Below are positions 23,201-37,500 of a stretch of DNA of 64,000 nucleotides, piece after piece (the stretch's first letter is position 1; every line of letters starts with the position of its first letter). The DNA is taken from NCBI RefSeq assembly GCF_009914755.1, contig NC_060948.1; one strand, given 5' to 3'. A program made the translations under genes and the position numbers. The DNA is from the human T2T-CHM13v2.0 reference genome, Homo sapiens. Below the pieces are notes generated by a model that saw only the letters and a program-made list of their open reading frames with translations, had not been told where the DNA came from and searched no databases.

Positions 23201-26200
23201 TTGAATCGAAAGGAAAGGAAGCGAATGGACTGAAATGAAATGGAATGGAATTGAATGGAAAGTAATGCAATGGAATAGAATGGAACGAAATTTCACGGAA
23301 TGGAATCAAACTGAATGGAATCAAATCAATGGAATCAAATCAAATGGAATGGAAAGGAATTGAATGGAGTAGATTGGATTGGATGGGATTGGAATGAAAT
23401 GTACTGGAAAGGACTCGAATTTCATGAAACGGAATGGAATGAATTGGAACGGAATGGACTCGAATGGAATGGAATGTCATGGGATGGCATCAAATGGAAT
23501 GACATCAAATGGAATGGAATCGAATGCAATGGAATGCTATGGAATGGAATGGAATGCATTGGAATGGAATGTCCGCTAATGGAATGGATTCGAGTGGAAT
23601 GGAATTGAATATAATGGAGTCGAATGAAATGGAATTGAAAGGAATGGGATCGAATACAATGGAATATACTGGAATGTAACGTAATGAACTCGAATGTAAT
23701 TGACTGGAATGGAATGTACATGAATGGAATGTAATCGAATGGAAAGTAATCCAATGGAATAGAATCTAATGCAATAAAATCGACTCAGATAGAGTAGAAT
23801 GTAATGGAATGGAGTGCAGTGCAATGGAATGGAATGGAATGGAATGCAATGGAATGGAATGGAATGGAATGGAATGGAATGGAATGGAATGGGATGGAAT
23901 GGTATGGAATGGATAGTAATGGACTGGAGTGAAATGGACTGGAAAGGAATGGACTCAAATTGAAAGGGCTCGAAAGGAATGGAGACAAATGGAATGGTCT
24001 GGAATGGAATGAACACGAATGTAATGCAACCCAATAGAATGGAATCGAATGGCATGGAATATAAAGAAATGGAATCGAAGAGAATGGAAACAAATGGAAT
24101 GGAATTGAATGGAATGGAATTGAATGGAATGGGAACGAATGGAGTGAAATTGTATGCAGTAGAAGAGAATAGAATGGAATGCAAGCGAAAGGAAAGGAAT
24201 GGATTGGAATGGAATGGAATTCATTGGAATGGAAGGGAATGTAGTGTAATGGACAGGCCTGGAATAAAGTGGAATGCTACGGTCTCGAATGGAATAAAAA
24301 TGTATGGAATGGAATGCAATGAAACGGAATCGAATGTCATAGAATGTAATGGAATGCAAAAAAATGGAATCCAAAATCATTGACTGGAAAGGCTGGGTGT
24401 CGAAAGGAATTGACTCCAATGGAATGGAATCGAATGGAATGGAAGTGAATAGAATCGAACTAAATCGAATGGAATGGAATTGATAGGAACGGAATGGAAA
24501 GGAATGCAATGATTTGGCATGGAATGGAATCGAATGGCATCGAATGGAATGGAATGGAATGCAATGGAATGGAATGTATTAGAATGTAATGAACTTTAAT
24601 GGAATGTACTCGAATGGATTCGACTGGAATGGAATGTTCTGGAAGTGAATGGACTCCAATGGAATGGATTCAAAAGGAATGGAATCGTACGGAATGGAAT
24701 CTAATGGAATGGAATTAAATGGAAATGAATCAAATTGAATAGCACGGAATTGAATTGAATGGAATGGAATGCAATGGAATCTAATGAAACGGAAAGGAAA
24801 GGAATGGAATGGAATGGAATGGGCTGGAATGGAAAGGAATCGAAACGAATGGAATGGAATCGAAGTGAAGAGACTGGAATGGAATGCACTGGAATGGAAG
24901 GGAGTGTAATGGAAGGTTCTCGAAAAAAATGGAATCGAATGGAATGGAATTGAATGGAACGGAATAGAGTCGAATGGAATTGAATGGAATGGAATGGTCT
25001 AGAGTGAAATGGAATCGAACCACAAGGAATGGACAGGAATAGAATGGTCTCGAATTGAATGGAATCGTATGGAATGGCATCAAACGGAATGGAATGGACA
25101 GCCACGGAATGGAATGCACTCGAATGCAATGGAGTCGAAACTAATGGACTGGAATAGAATGGACTCGACTGGTATGGACTCCAATGGAATGGAATCGAAT
25201 GGAAGGGAATCGAACGGAATGGAATCGAACGGAATGGACTCGAAGGGAAAAGACTGCAATGGAAAGGTCTCGAATGGAATGGAAATTAATGGAATGGAAT
25301 GGAATCGAATGAAATGGAGTCAAAAGGAATGGAATCGAATGGCAAGAAATCGAATGTAATGGAATCGCCAGGAATTGATGTGAACGGAATGGAATGGAAT
25401 GGAATCCAAAGGAATGGAATAGAATGGAATGGAATCGAATGGAAAGGACTCGAATGGAAATCACTCGAATAGAATGCAATTTAATAAAATAGGATCAAAT
25501 GTAATGGAATGGAATGGAAAGGAATCGAAACGAAAGGAATGGAGACAGATGGAATGGAATGGAACAGAGAGCAATGGTATAGAATGGAATGGAATCATCT
25601 GGAATGGAATTGAATGGAATGGAATAATATGAAATGGAATGGAATGGAATGGAATGGAATGCCCTTGAATTAAATGGACTGGAATGGAATGGACTCAAAC
25701 AGAGTGGAATGGAAAGTGTGGAGATAGAATGGAATGAACTCCTTTGGAATGGTGTAGTATGCAATGCAATCGACTGGCAGGGAATCAAAAGGAATGTAAT
25801 CGAATGGATTGGACTGGAATGCAATGGACTCGAATAGATTGGAAACGGAATGCAAAGGAATGGAATGGAATAGTATGGAATGCAATGGAAGGGAATGGAG
25901 TGGAATAGACTAGAGTGGAATGGAATGGACTGGAAAGCAATGGACTGGAATGGAACTTTCTTGGATGGACTGGAATCAAACGGAATGGAATGCAGTGCAA
26001 TCAAATGGCATGGAATAAAATAGAATGAAAGAGAATCAAATGGAATTGAATCGAATGGAATCGAATGGATTGGAAAGGAATAGAATGGAATGGAATGGAA
26101 TTGACTCAAATGGAATGGACTAGAATGGAATGGATTCGAATGGAAGGCAAAGGAATGGAATCTATTGGAATGGACTGTAATGGAATGGAATGGAAGGGAT

Positions 26201-28593
26201 TGGAATGGACTCGAATGGAATGGACTGCAATAGAAAGGATTCGAATGGAATGAAAAAGAATTGAATGGAATAGAACAGAATGGAATCAAATCGAATGAAA
26301 TGGAATGGAATAGAAAGTAATGGAATGAAATGGAATGGAAAGGATTCGAATGGAATGCAATCGAATGGAATGGAATCGAACGGAATGGAATAAAATGGAA
26401 GAAAACTGTCAAGAAATGGAATCGAAATGAATGGAGTGTTATGGAACGGACTCAAAAGGAATTGAATGTAATAGAATGGAGTGGAGTGGACTCGAATATA
26501 ATGGACTGGAATGGAATGAAATCACATGGAATGGGAACGAATGGAATGGAATGGAAAGGAATGGAATCGAATGGAAAGGAATCGAATGGAAGGGAATGAA
26601 ATTGAATAAACACGAATGGAAGGGAATAGAATAGACTGTAATGGAATGGACTCGAATAGAATGGACACGAATGCTCAAATTAAATGGACTCGAATGGAAT
26701 GGAAACGAAAGGAATGTCATCGAATGGAATTGAATCGATTGGAATGAAATCGCATAGAATGGAGTGGAATCAAATGGAATTGAATCGAAAGGAAAGGAAG
26801 CGAATGGACTGAAATGAAATGGAATGGATTTGAATGGAAAGTAATGCAATGGAATAGAATGGAACGAAATTTCACGGAATGGAATCAAACTGAATGGAAT
26901 CAAATCAATGGAATCAAATCAAATGGAATGGAAAGGAATTGAATGGAGTAGATGGGATTGGATGGGATTGGAATGAAATGTACTGCAAAGGACTCGAATT
27001 TCATGAAACGGAATGGAATGAATTGGAACGGAATGGACTCGAATGGAATGGAATGTCATGGGATGGCATCAAATGGAATGACATCAAATGGAATGGAATC
27101 GAATGCAATGGAATGCTATGGAATGGAATGGAATGCATTGGAATGGAATGTCCGCTAATGGAATGGATTCGAGTGGAATGGAATTGAATATAATGGAGTC
27201 GAATGAAATGGAATTGAAAGGAATGGGATCGAACACAATGGAATATACTGCAATGTAACGTAATGAACTCGAATGTAATTGACTGGAATGGAATGTACAT
27301 GAATGGAATGTAATCGAATGGAAAGTAATCCAATGGAATAGAATCTAATGCAATAAAATCGACTCAGATAGAGTAGAATGTAATGGAATGGAGTGCAGTG
27401 CAATGGAATGGAATGGAATGGAATGCAATGGAATGGAATGGAATGGAATGGAATGGAATGGAATGGAATGGAATGGAATGGGATGGAATGGTATGGAATG
27501 GATAGTAATGGACTGGAGTGAAATGGACTGGAAAGGAATGGACTCAAATTGAAAGGGCTCGAAAGGAATGGAGTCAAATGGAATGGTCTGGAATGGAATG
27601 AACACGAATGTAATGCAACCCAATAGAATGGAATCGAATGGGAATATAAAGAAATGGAATCGAAGAGAATGGAAACAAATGGAATGGAATTGAATGGAAT
27701 GGAATTGAATGGAATGGGAACGAATGGAGTGAAATTGTATGCAGTAGAAGAGAGTAGAATGGAATGCAAGCGAAAGGAAAGGAATGGATTGGAATGGAAT
27801 GGAATTCATTGGAATGGAAGGGAATGTAGTGTAATGGACAGGCCTGGAATAAAGTGGAATGCTACGGTCTCGAATGGAATAAAAATGTATGGAATGGAAT
27901 GCAATGAAACGGAATCGAATGTCATAGAATGTAATGGAATGCAAAAAAATGGAATCCAAAATCATTGACTGGAAAGGCTGGGTGTCGAAAGGAATTGACT
28001 CCAATGGAATGGAATCGAATGGAATGGAAGTGAATAGAATCGAACTAAATCGAATGGAATGGAATTGATAGGAACGGAATGGAAAGGAATGCAATGATTT
28101 GGCATGGAATGGAATCGAATGGCATCGAATGGAATGGAATGGAATGCAATGGAATGGAATGTATTAGAATGTAATGAACTTTAATGGAATGTACTCGAAT
28201 GGATTCGACTGGAATGGAATGTTCTGGAAGTGAATGGACTCCAATGGAATGGATTCAAAAGGAATGGAATCGTACGGAATGGAATCTAATGGAATGGAAT
28301 TAAATGGAAATGAATCAAATTGAATAGCACGGAATTGAATTGAATGGAATGGAATGCAATGGAATCTAATGAAACGGAAAGGAAAGGAATGGAATGGAAT
28401 GGAATGGGCTGGAATGGAAAGGAATCGAAACGAATGGAATGGAATCGAACTGAAGAGACTGGAATGGAATGCACTGGAATGGAAGGGAGTGTAATGGAAG
28501 GTTCTCGAAAAAAATGGAATCGAATGGAATGGAATTGAATGGAACGGAATAGAGTCGAATGGAATTGAATGGAATGGAATGGACTAGAGTGAA
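14257..28593 (+). repeat. DYZ1 units U5-U8 (3579, 3594, 3579, 3585 bp), subfamily A
   Basis: Anchors at 14257, 17836, 21430 and 25009; A alleles; extra 15-bp module near the unit start. Confidence 0.9.
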
Positions 28594-31500
28594 ATGGAAT
28601 CGAACCACAAGGAATGGACAGGAATAGAATGGTCTCGAATTGAATGGAATCGTATGGAATGGCATCAAACGGAATGGAATGGACAGCCACGGAATGGAAT
28701 GCACTCGAATGCAATGGAGTCGAAACAAATGGACTGGAATAGAATGGACTCGACTGGTACGGACTCCAATGGAATGGAATCGAATGGAAGGGAATCGAAC
28801 GGAAGGGAATCGAACGGAATGGACTCGAAGGGAAAAGACTGCAATGGAAAGGTCTCGAATGGAATGGAAATTAATGGAATGGAATGGAATCGAATGAAAT
28901 GGAGTCAAAAGGAATGGAATCGAATGGCAAGAAATCGAATGTAATGGAATCGCCAGGAATTGATGTGAACGGAACGGAATGGAATGGAATCCAATGGAAT
29001 GGAATACAATGGAATGGAATCGAATGGAAAGGACTCGAATGGAAATCACTCGAATAGAATGCAATTTAATAAAATAGGATCAAATGTAATGGAATGGAAT
29101 GGAAAGGAATTGAAACGAAAGGAATGGAGACAGATGGAATGGAATGGAACAGAGAGCAATGGTATAGAATGGAATGGAATCATCTGGAATGGAATTGAAT
29201 GGAATGGAATAATATGAAATGGAATGGAATGGAATGGAATGGAATGCCCTTGAATTAAATGGACTGGAATGGAAGGGACTCAAACAGAGTGGAATGGAAA
29301 GTGTGGAGATAGAATGGAATGAACTCCTTTGGAATGGTGTAGTATGCAATGCAATCGACTGGCAGGGAATCAAAAGGAATGTAATCGAATGGATTGGACT
29401 GGAATGCAATGGACTCGAATAGATTGGAAACGGAATGCAAAGGAATGGAATGGAATAGTATGGAATGCAATGGAAGGGAATGGAGTGGAATAGACTAGAG
29501 TGGAATGGAATGGACTGGAAAGCAATGGACTGGAATGGAACTTTCTTGGATGGACTGGAATCAAACGGAATGGAATGCAATGCAATCAAATGGCATGGAA
29601 TAAAATAGAATGAAAGAGAATCAAATGGAATTGAATCGAATGGAATCGAATGGATTGGAAAGGAATAGAATGGAATGGAATGGAATTGACTCAAATGGAA
29701 TGGACTAGAATGGAATGGATTCGAATGGAAGGCAAAGGAATGGAATCTATTGGAATGGACTGTAATGGAATGGAATGGAAGGGATTGGAATGGACTCGAA
29801 TGGAATGGACTGCCATAGAAAGGATTCGAATGGAATGAAAAAGAATTGAATGGAATAGAACAGAATGGAATCAAATCGAATGAAATGGAATGGAATAGAA
29901 AGGAATGGAATGAAATGGAATGGAAAGGATTCGAATGGAATGCAATCGAATGGAATGGAATCGAACGGAATGGAATAAAATGGAAGAAAACTGGCAAGAA
30001 ATGGAATCGAAATGAATGGAGTGTTATGGAACGGACTCAAAAGGAATTGAATGTAATAGAATGGAGTGGAGTGGACTCGAATATAATGGACTGGAATGGA
30101 ATGAAATCACATGGAATGGGAACGAATGGAATGGAATGGAAAGGAATGGAATCGAATGGAAAGGAATCGAATGGAAGGGAATGAAATTGAATCAACACGA
30201 ATGGAAGGGAATAGAATAGACTGTAATGGAATGGACTCGAATAGAATGGACACGAATGCTCAAATTGAATGGACTCGAATGGAATGGAAACGAAAGGAAT
30301 GTCATCGAATGGAATTGAATCGATTGGAATGAAATCGCATAGAATGGAGTGGAATCAAATGGAATTGAATCGAAAGGAAAGGAAGCGAATGGACTGAAAT
30401 GAAATGGAATGGATTTGAATGGAAAGTAATGCAATGGAATAGAATGGAACGAAATTTCACGGAATGGAATCAAACTGAATGGAATCAAATCAATGGAATC
30501 AAATCAAATGGAATGGAAAGGAATTGAATGGAGTAGATGGGATTGGATGGGATTGGAATGAAATGTACTGCAAAGGACTCGAATTTCATGAAACGGAATG
30601 GAATGAATTGGAACGGAATGGACTCGAATGGAATGGAATGTCATGGGATGGCATCAAATGGAATGGCATCAAATGGAATGGAATCGAATGCAATGGAATG
30701 CTATGGAATGGAATGGAATGCATTGGAATGGAATGTCCTCTAATGAAATGGATTCGAGTGGAATGGAATTGAATATAATGGAGTCGAATGAAATGGAATT
30801 GAAAGGAATGGGATCGAATACAATGGAATATACTGGAATGTAACGTAATGAACTCGAATGTAATTGACTGGAATGGAATGTACATGAATGGAATGTAATC
30901 GAATGGAAAGTAATCCAATGGAATAGAATCTAATGCAATAAAATCGACTCAGATAGAGTAGAATGTAATGGAATGGAGTGCAGTGCAATGGAATGGAAGG
31001 GAATGGAATGCAATGGAATGGAATGGAATGGAATGGAATGGAATGGAATGGAATGGAATGGGATGGAATGGTATGGAATGGTTAGTAATGGACTGGAGTG
31101 AAATGGACTGGAAAGGAATGGACTCAAATTGAAAGGGCTCGAAAGGAATGGAGACAAATGGAATGGTCTGGAATGGAATGAACACGAATGTAATGCAACC
31201 CAATAGAATGGAATCGAATGGCATGGAATATAAAGAAATGGAATCGAAGAGAATGGAAACAAATGGAATGGAATTGAATGGAATGGAATTGAATGGAATG
31301 GGAACGAATGGAGTGAAATTGTATGCAGTAGAAGAGAATAGAATGGAATGCAAGCGAAAGGAAAGGAATGGATTGGAATGGAATGGAATTCATTGGAATG
31401 GAAGGGAATGTAGTGTAATGGACAGGCCTGGAATAAAGTGGAATGCTACGGTCTCGAATGGAATAAAAATGTATGGAATGGAATGCAATGAAACGGAATC

Positions 31501-34500
31501 GAATGTCATAGAATGTAATGGAATGCAAAAAAATGGAATCCAAAATCATTGACTGGAAAGGCTGGGTGTCGAAAGGAATTGACTCCAATGGAATGGAATC
31601 GAATGGAATGGAAGTGAATAGAATCGAACTAAATCGAATGGAATGGAATTGATAGGAACGGAATGGAAAGGAATGCAATGATTTGGCATGGAATGGAATC
31701 GAATGGCATCGAATGGAATGGAATGGAATGCAATGGAATGGAATGTATTAGAATGTAATGAACTTTAATGGAATGTACTCGAATGGATTCGACTGGAATG
31801 GAATGTTCTGGAAGTGAATGGACTCCAATGGAATGGATTCAAAAGGAATGGAATCGTACGGAATGGAATCTAATGGAATGGAATTAAATGGAAATGAATC
31901 AAATTGAATAGCACGGAATTGAATTGAATGGAATGGAATGCAATGGAATCTAATGAAACGGAAAGGAAAGGAATGGAATGGAATGGAATGGGCTGGAATG
32001 GAAAGGAATCGAAATGAATGGAATGGAATCGAACTGAAGAGACTGGAATGGAATGCACTGGAATGGAAGGGAGTGTAATGGAAGGTTCTCGAAAAAAATG
32101 GAATCGAATGGAATGGAATTGAATGGAACGGAATAGAGTCGAATGGAATTGAATGGAATGGAATGGTCTAGAGTGAAATGGAATCGAACCACAAGGAATG
32201 GACAGGAATAGAATGGTCTCGAATTGAATGGAATCGTATGGAATGGCATCAAACGGAATGGAATGGACAGCCACGGAATGGAATGCACTCGAATGCAATG
32301 GAGTCGAAACTAATGGACTGGAATAGAATGGACTCGACTGGTACGGACTCCAATGGAATGGAATCGAATGGAAGGGAATCGAACGGAATGGAATCGAACG
32401 GAATGGACTCGAAGGGAAAAGACTGCAATGGAAAGGTCTCGAATGGAATGGAAATTAATGGAATGGAATGGAATCGAATGAAATGGAGTCAAAAGGAATG
32501 GAATCGAATGGCAAGAAATCGAATGTAATGGAATCGCCAGGAATTGATGTGAACGGAACGGAATGGAATGGAATCCAAAGGAATGGAATAGAATGGAATG
32601 GAATCGAATGGAAAGGACTCGAATGGAAATCACTCGAATAGAATGCAATTTAATAAAATAGGATCAAATGTAATGGAATGGAATGGAAAGGAATCGAAAC
32701 GAAAGGAATGGAGACAGATGGAATGGAATGGAACAGAGAGCAATGGTATAGAATGGAATGGAATCATCTGGAATGGAATTGAATGGAATGGAATAATATG
32801 AAATGGAATGGAATGGAATGGAATGGAATGCCCTTGAATTAAATGGACTGGAATGGAATGGACTCAAACAGAGTGGAATGGAAAGTGTGGAGATAGAATG
32901 GAATGAACTCCTTTGGAATGGTGTAGTATGCAATGCAATCGACTGGCAGGGAATCAAAAGGAATGTAATCGAATGGATTGGACTGGAAGGCAATGGACTC
33001 GAATAGATTGGAAACGGAATGCAAAGGAATGGAATGGAATAGTATGGAATGCAATGGAAGGGAATGGAGTGGAATAGACTAGAGTGGAATGGAATGGACT
33101 GGAAAGCAATGGACTGGAATGGAACTTTCTTGGATGGACTGGAATCAAACGGAATGGAATGCAGAGCAATCAAATGGCATGGAATAAAATAGAATGAAAG
33201 AGAATCAAATGGAATTGAATCGAATGGAATCGAATGGATTGGAAAGGAATAGAATGGAATGGAATGGAATTGACTCAAATGGAATGGACTAGAATGGAAT
33301 GGATTCGAATGGAAGGCAAAGGAATGGAATCTATTGGAATGGACTGTAATGGAATGGAATGGAAGGGATTGGAATGGACTCGAATGGAATGGACTGCAAT
33401 AGAAAGGATTCGAATGGAATGAAAAAGAATTGAATGGAATAGGACAGAATGGAATCAAATCGAATGAAATGGAATGGAATAGAAAGGAATGGAATGAAAT
33501 GGAATGGAAAGGATTCGAATGGAATGCAATCGAATGGAATGGAATCGAACGGAATGGAATAAAATGGAAGAAAACTGGCAAGAAATGGAATCGAAATGAA
33601 TGGAGTGTTATGGAACGGACTCAAAAGGAATTGAATGTAATAGAATGGAGTGGAGTGGACTCGAATATAATGGACTGGAATGGAATGAAATCACATGGAA
33701 TGGGAACGAATGGAATGGAATGGAAAGGAATCGAATGGAAGGGAATGAAATTGAATCAACACGAATGGAAGGGAATAGAATAGACTGTAATGGAATGGAC
33801 TCGAATAGAATGGACACGAATGCTCAAATTAAATGGACTCGAATGGAATGGAAACGAAAGGAATGTCATCGAATGGAATTGAATCGATTGGAATGAAATC
33901 GCATAGAATGGAGTGGAATCAAATGGAATTGAATCGAAAGGAAAGGAAGCGAATGGACTGAAATGAAATGGAATGGAATTGAATGGAAAGTAATGCAATG
34001 GAATAGAATGGAACGAAATTTCACGGAATGGAATCAAACTGAATGGAATCAAATCAATGGAATCAAATCAAATGGAATGGAAAGGAATTGAATGGAGTAG
34101 ATGGGATTGGATGGGATTGGAATGAAATGTACTGGAAAGGACTCGAATTTCATGAAACGGAATGGAATGAATTGGAACGGAATGGACTCGAATGGAATGG
34201 AATGTCATGGGAAGGCATCAAATGGAAGGACATCAAATGGAATGGAATCGAATGCAATGGAATGCTATGGAATGGAATGGAATGCATTGGAATGGAATGT
34301 CCTCTAAAGGAATGGATTCGAGTGGAATGGAATTGAATATAATGGAGTCGAATGAAATGGAATTGAAAGGAATGGGATCGAATACAATGGAATATACTGG
34401 AATGTAACGTAATGAACTCGAATGTAATTGACTGGAATGGAATGTACATGAATGGAATGTAATCGAATGGAAAGTAATCCAATGGAATAGAATCTAATGC

Positions 34501-37500
34501 AATAAAATCGACTCAGATAGAGTAGAATGTAATGGAATGGAGTGCAGGGCAATGGAATGGAATGGAATGGAATGCAATGGAATGGAATGGAATGGAATGG
34601 AATGGAATGGAATGGAATGGAATGGAATGGGATGGAATGGTATGGAATGGATAGTAATGGACTGGAGTGAAATGGACTGGAAAGGAATGGACTCAAATTG
34701 AAAGGGCTCGAAAGGAATGGAGTCAAATGGAATGGTCTGGAATGGAATGAACACGAATGTAATGCAACCCAATAGAATGGAATCGAATGGCATGGAATAT
34801 AAAGAAATGGAATCGAAGAGAATGGAAACAAATGGAATGGAATTGAATGGAATGGAATTGAATGGAATGGGAACGAATGGAGTGAAATTGTATGCAGTAG
34901 AAGAGAATAGAATGGAATGCAAGCGAAAGGAAAGGAATGGATTGGAATGGAATGGAATTCATTGGAATGGAAGGGAATGTAGTGTAATGGACAGGCCTGG
35001 AATAAAGTGGAATGCTACGGTCTCGAATGGAATAAAAATGTATGGAATGGAATGCAATGAAACGGAATCGAATGTCATAGAATGTAATGGAATGCAAAAA
35101 AATTGGAATCCAAAATCATTGACTGGAAAGGCTGGGTGTCGAAAGGAATTGACTCCAATGGAATGGAATCGAATGGAATGGAAGTGAATAGAATCGAACT
35201 AAATCGAATGGAATGGAATTGATAGGAACGGAATGGAAAGGAATGCAATGATTTGGCATGGAATGGAATCGAATGGCATCGAATGGAATGGAATGGAATG
35301 CAATGGAATGGAATGTATTAGAATGTAATGAACTTTAATGGAATGTACTCGAATGGATTCGACTGGAATGGAATGTTCTGGAAGTGAATGGACTCCAATG
35401 GAATGGATTCAAAAGGAATGGAATCGTACGGAATGGAATCTAATGGAATGGAATTAAATGGAAATGAATCAAATTGAATAGCACGGAATTGAATTGAATG
35501 GAATGGAATGCAATGGAATCTAATGAAACGGAAAGGAAAGGAATGGAATGGAATGGAATGGGCTGGAATGGAAAGGAATCGAAACGAATGGAATGGAATC
35601 GAACTGAAGAGACTGGAATGGAATGCACTGGAATGGAAGGGAGTGTAATGGAAGGTTCTCGAAAAAAATGGAATCGAATGGAATGGAATTGAATGGAACG
35701 GAATAGAGTCGAATGGAATTGAATGGAATGGAATGGACTAGAGTGAAATGGAATCGAACCACAAGGAATGGACAGGAATAGAATGGTCTCGAATTGAATG
35801 GAATCGTATGGAATGGCATCAAACGGAATGGAATGGACAGCCACGGAATGGAATGCACTCGAATGCAATGGAGTCGAAACAAATGGACTGGAATAGAATG
35901 GACTCGACTGGTACGGACTCCAATGGAATGGAATCGAATGGAAGGGAATCGAACGGAAGGGAATCGAACGGAATGGACTCGAAGGGAAAAGACTGCAATG
36001 GAAAGGTCTCGAATGGAATGGAAATTAATGGAATGGAATGGAATCGAATGAAATGGAGTCAAAAGGAATGGAATCGAATGGCAAGAAATCGAATGTAATG
36101 GAATCGCCAGGAATTGATGTGAACGGAACGGAATGGAATGGAATCCAATGGAATGGAATACAATGGAATGGAATCGAATGGAAAGGACTCGAATGGAAAT
36201 CACTCGAATAGAATGCAATTTAATAAAATAGGATCAAATGTAATGGAATGGAATGGAAAGGAATTGAAACGAAAGGAATGGAGACAGATGGAATGGAATG
36301 GAACAGAGAGCAATGGTATAGAATGGAATGGAATCATCTGGAATGGAATTGAATGGAATGGAATAATATGAAATGGAATGGAATGGAATGGAATGGAATG
36401 CCCTTGAATTAAATGGACTGGAATGGAAGGGACTCAAACAGAGTGGAATGGAAAGTGTGGAGATAGAATGGAATGAACTCCTTTGGAATGGTGTAGTATG
36501 CAATGCAATCGACTGGCAGGGAATCAAAAGGAATGTAATCGAATGGATTGGACTGGAATGCAATGGACTCGAATAGATTGGAAACGGAATGCAAAGGAAT
36601 GGAATGGAATAGTATGGAATGCAATGGAAGGGAATGGAGTGGAATAGACTAGAGTGGAATGGAATGGACTGGAAAGCAATGGACTGGAATGGAACTTTCT
36701 TGGATGGACTGGAATCAAACGGAATGGAATGCAATGCAATCAAATGGCATGGAATAAAATAGAATGAAAGAGAATCAAATGGAATTGAATCGAATGGAAT
36801 CGAATGGATTGGAAAGGAATAGAATGGAATGGAATGGAATTGACTCAAATGGAATGGACTAGAATGGAATGGATTCGAATGGAAGGCAAAGGAATGGAAT
36901 CTATTGGAATGGACTGTAATGGAATGGAATGGAAGGGATTGGAATGGACTCGAATGGAATGGACTGCCATAGAAAGGATTCGAATGGAATGAAAAAGAAT
37001 TGAATGGAATAGAACAGAATGGAATCAAATCGAATGAAATGGAATGGAATAGAAAGGAATGGAATGAAATGGAATGGAAAGGATTCGAATGGAATGCAAT
37101 CGAATGGAATGGAATCGAACGGAATGGAATAAAATGGAAGAAAACTGGCAAGAAATGGAATCGAAATGAATGGAGTGTTATGGAACGGACTCAAAAGGAA
37201 TTGAATGTAATAGAATGGAGTGGAGTGGACTCGAATATAATGGACTGGAATGGAATGAAATCACATGGAATGGGAACGAATGGAATGGAATGGAAAGGAA
37301 TGGAATCGAATGGAAAGGAATCGAATGGAAGGGAATGAAATTGAATCAACACGAATGGAAGGGAATAGAATAGACTGTAATGGAATGGACTCGAATAGAA
37401 TGGACACGAATGCTCAAATTGAATGGACTCGAATGGAATGGAAACGAAAGGAATGTCATCGAATGGAATTGAATCGATTGGAATGAAATCGCATAGAATG

